Source of the DNA: Bacillota bacterium
Lineage (GTDB): Bacteria; Bacillota; JAAYKD01
Assembly (NCBI GenBank): GCA_963666425.2
Contig: OY762825.2
Location: 352,001 to 416,000, forward strand
Length of the DNA stretch: 64,000 nt
Direction: 5' to 3'
Shown: positions 62,201 through 64,000 of the stretch, one piece after another
Numbering within the stretch: position 1 is the stretch's first letter
Layout: each line of letters starts with the position of its first letter
Made by a program: the position numbers and the translations under genes
The notes under the pieces: generated by a model
Seen by the model: the letters and a program-made list of their open reading frames with translations, nothing else
Databases searched by the model: none
What the model was told of the DNA's origin: nothing

Positions 62201-63256
62201 GACTGCCAGAAAGAACGCACCCAAAGCTAAACGAACATTGTCTCTCCAGCCGGTTTCCAGATAGGACTGCGGAATTGCGGAAAGAACAATCCAATCGATA
62301 CCCTTATTTTGCACTTCTACGGCACGGAAAAAATAATCAAGACCCTTGTCGATGTAGCGATAATTTTCTGTTCCTGTCGAAAGATACTGCTGATAAGCGC
62401 TGGACAAGGCGGAATTCCCCAACTGATCAATCTTTACTCTTTTTAATGTCCCATCTTCAGCAAAAGAAAAATCGGCGAGATTGAGGGAATTGGAAACCAG
62501 ATATTCAGAATCCTTTTCGATGATTGCGGCAAAACCTTGGCTTTGACTGACTGTCTCCTGCATAAATGTCTCAATACCGGAAAGGATAACATGTGCTCCT
62601 AAAACGCCTGCCAATTCACCGTTTGGCTGATAAATGGGATACGCTGCGGATACCGTCAGATCATTCATCACAAAGTGTTTATAGATGGGAGAAAACGTAC
62701 CGCTTGCTGCTGTTTTGGCTGTTGTATACCAATCCCGTGTTCTCGCATCAAAAACGGTGGCAGTCTGCGAGACAATGGCACCTGTACTCATATCCTCGTT
62801 TAGGCTGTAATACCAGGTATGGCCTCCGGTAGCGGCATTATTTCTCATGATTTCGATTTCACCGGCAGCATTTCTTCTGGCGCCATAATATTCGCCGGAT
62901 TCCGTCCCATAGCTGAAGCTGTAGACTGCCTTCTCGTAAGCAAGTAAAATACCTGCGAAATACTTTTCACGTTCAACCGTGTTATTCAGATCGACAATTC
63001 CATTCTCAAGAAGATGATGCTGTACTTCGTTGATTTGCAGCGGAACCTGCATAAATTCTTCAATTTGACTTTCGATTTTCGAATTCAAATTCGCTGCCAT
63101 TTGGTTCATCATCTCATCGGAGGAGGAACGCCAGTTGGAAAAAACAAAATAGCCAATTCCTATCGTTGAAATCCCCATGATTGTGATAAAAATAACAATA
63201 ATCGTTTGTTTGATGGTCAACTTATGCTTGAAAATGTTCGCGTTCATAGGGTTCAA
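59297..63256 (-). CDS. Cache-HAMP-4xPAS-GGDEF-HD-GYP c-di-GMP enzyme
   Basis: Two TM helices around a Cache domain (FDARTRDWY), HAMP (DEIGNL..AFN.M), four PAS, RIGGDEF, HDIGK, HHEHWDGKGYP. Confidence 0.92.
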   Translation of the reverse strand: MNPMNANIFKHKLTIKQTIIVIFITIMGISTIGIGYFVFSNWRSSSDEMMNQMAANLNSKIESQIEEFMQVPLQINEVQHHLLENGIVDLNNTVEREKYFAGILLAYEKAVYSFSYGTESGEYYGARRNAAGEIEIMRNNAATGGHTWYYSLNEDMSTGAIVSQTATVFDARTRDWYTTAKTAASGTFSPIYKHFVMNDLTVSAAYPIYQPNGELAGVLGAHVILSGIETFMQETVSQSQGFAAIIEKDSEYLVSNSLNLADFSFAEDGTLKRVKIDQLGNSALSSAYQQYLSTGTENYRYIDKGLDYFFRAVEVQNKGIDWIVLSAIPQSYLETGWRDNVRLALGAFFLAVLAVILFYLFYLQKAFQPLAALVKATKEYGEGNFSPRVAIRRADEIGNLTQAFNTMAEKTESIMNHLEYLVEERTSKLENARRTLAELNQKLTAETEIKEKSERLLNLFFTQSLTGFFFMMLDQPVEWNDTIDKEKALAYIFDHQRDTKVNPALLQQYGLSEAEMMSKTPRDLFAGQLEQGLALWRQMLDAGYLHITTEERRADGSVMIIEGDYIVMYDETGKVIGHFGNQQDITERIKLQQQLQESEQKYRLLYSSMSQGLALHEIITDTNGKPVDYVFLDLNDSYTRLLGVTRENAIGKRITEVMPQVEPYWIEVFGKVALSGEAIYYENYLETTKRYYATYTYATKPGQFAVLVSDITDRKKAEKALQQSHDLLDYIINHSNGGVSVFDRELNYLFVSERYLEEYGIIGQDIIGKNHYDVFPDLPQKWRDVHQMALKGIVSKAEDDPYLHQDGSVDWTRWECRPWYEDNQQIGGIIVYTEVINLRKQLELQLLQETETLSATLHSIGDGVIATDAQGRVTSINEVAERLTGWQEKEAQGKPFAEVFQIISDLNNLPCENPVDKVFLSGDVVELANHTILVAKDGSRYFIEDCASPIHHVNGEIIGAVLVFRDVTEKKQKQREIEYLGNHDYLTGLFNRRYFVEAFDTFVRTEQYPLGVMMLDVNGLKIINDAYGHTAGDLALTAVTGILSKAFQPCDVIARIGGDEFAILLPNTSLQAMDACKDAIRQSMSENLIMNVPLSIAIGYESNEGHFKSLDEMLKTAENHMYRQKFTEGISMRNRAIQAILQTLTDKYQLEKIHSERVSSYARRIGEAMYLSADQLKELEMAGMYHDIGKMSIPDAILQKPGKLSAEEYDLIKNHTQVGYHILRAADEYSDLAIHALQHHEHWDGKGYPTGLKGNQILLISRIISVADAFEAMTAERPYKKSMTLEEAKTELLRAAGTQFDPDIVKIFLEQVLNQQSGV

Positions 63257-63491
63257 CCTTTCTGGCTAGCGATAGAAATCGCTCGGGAATTTGGGCAAAC
63301 GGCAAATCAAGCACGGGAGTGTTAGGCACTCCGCTACGACAAGCATTGCTGGAATATAAAAAAGTAGACATCTGCTTTTTGGTTTTTACCTTGTTAATAG
63401 AATCAAAGAAATGCTTCCGGGTGGATTCGTAGTAGGCAAGTCCTGGGGCTTGCTTATTGTTTGCCTCTGGTACAGGTCAAAACGACTATTT

Positions 63492-63980
63492 TCAATTTTC
63501 TGTATGATAAACATATCTGCAAAGCGCTTGATCTTTGCCCTGATATTTCCCGATCCCATCAAAAATCAGCTGAAAACCGCAGTGTTGCAAGACTTTGCTC
63601 GAAGCAATATTCGCTTTCAAACAAACACCGTAGAGTTGACTGATCTGCAGTTGATCCATGATCACCGGCAAAAAAGCGGTCACCGCCTCTTTAGCGTAAC
63701 CTCTCCCGGTATGCGCTTTTGCGATATGATAACCAATCTCCCAACCTTCAGGAATTGTGACTGCCTGCACATAACCGATATTCTCTCCCTCCTGCAGGAG
63801 AATGGCATATACCAAAGGGCTCTTCTTGGTTTCGTAGGAGGTTAAGAGCAAAGCGATGGTGCTCTCGGCTTCTTCAACCGTTTCAAATACTTCATCCGGC
63901 ACGAATTGGCGATTATCGTCATCGAGAGAATTTTGATGTAGTGCCTTAGCCATATCCATACATAACTCTGTGATCATCAA
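63492..63980 (-). CDS. GNAT (RimJ/RimL-like) acetyltransferase; 5' end may extend past the window
   Basis: EIGYHI...GRGYAKEA, NIASSKVL..CGF. Confidence 0.85.
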   Translation of the reverse strand: MMITELCMDMAKALHQNSLDDDNRQFVPDEVFETVEEAESTIALLLTSYETKKSPLVYAILLQEGENIGYVQAVTIPEGWEIGYHIAKAHTGRGYAKEAVTAFLPVIMDQLQISQLYGVCLKANIASSKVLQHCGFQLIFDGIGKYQGKDQALCRYVYHTEN

Positions 63981-64000
63981 TCTTTCACTTTTAACTAAGA

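Noticed and set aside
63257-63490. Riboswitch upstream of the Cache-GGDEF-HD-GYP gene
   Set aside because: Only short hairpins, with no recognisable aptamer consensus
1-64000. CRISPR arrays, tRNA/rRNA, IS or prophage
   Set aside because: No regularly spaced repeats, RNA gene signatures, transposase or integrase motifs seen by eye

Overview
A 64-kb chromosomal window from an anaerobic Firmicute (Clostridia-like; inferred from gene content, SD sequences and sigma-A-like promoters). It holds about 56 genes, all but three on the minus strand, consistent with leading-strand bias. Housekeeping and accessory content: PFOR (nifJ), speD-speE, tRNA/rRNA modification genes (truA, Dus, trmO, RluA), msrAB, adenine deaminase, an NCS2 permease, a lysine-riboswitch-controlled amino-acid ABC transporter, a Bce-like TCS+ABC module, an orphan Na+-decarboxylase beta subunit with an unlisted 44-aa partner, four c-di-GMP enzymes, an orphan type IV pilin and an alkA fragment. 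I found no rRNA, tRNA, CRISPR array, transposase or phage genes. The two most interesting signals are non-coding. (1) A 14-codon leader peptide with mutually exclusive helices sits upstream of a CD3324/Mor-like HTH gene, which is followed by a terminator, a weak -35 promoter with a dyad and a beta-lactamase-fold hydrolase: a candidate two-tier ribosome-sensing cascade. (2) A roughly 680-nt, extensively self-complementary leader with a central 19-aa ORF precedes the M20 amidohydrolase-DUF3100 operon and matches no riboswitch I recognise. All family calls come from motif recognition by eye, not database searches.
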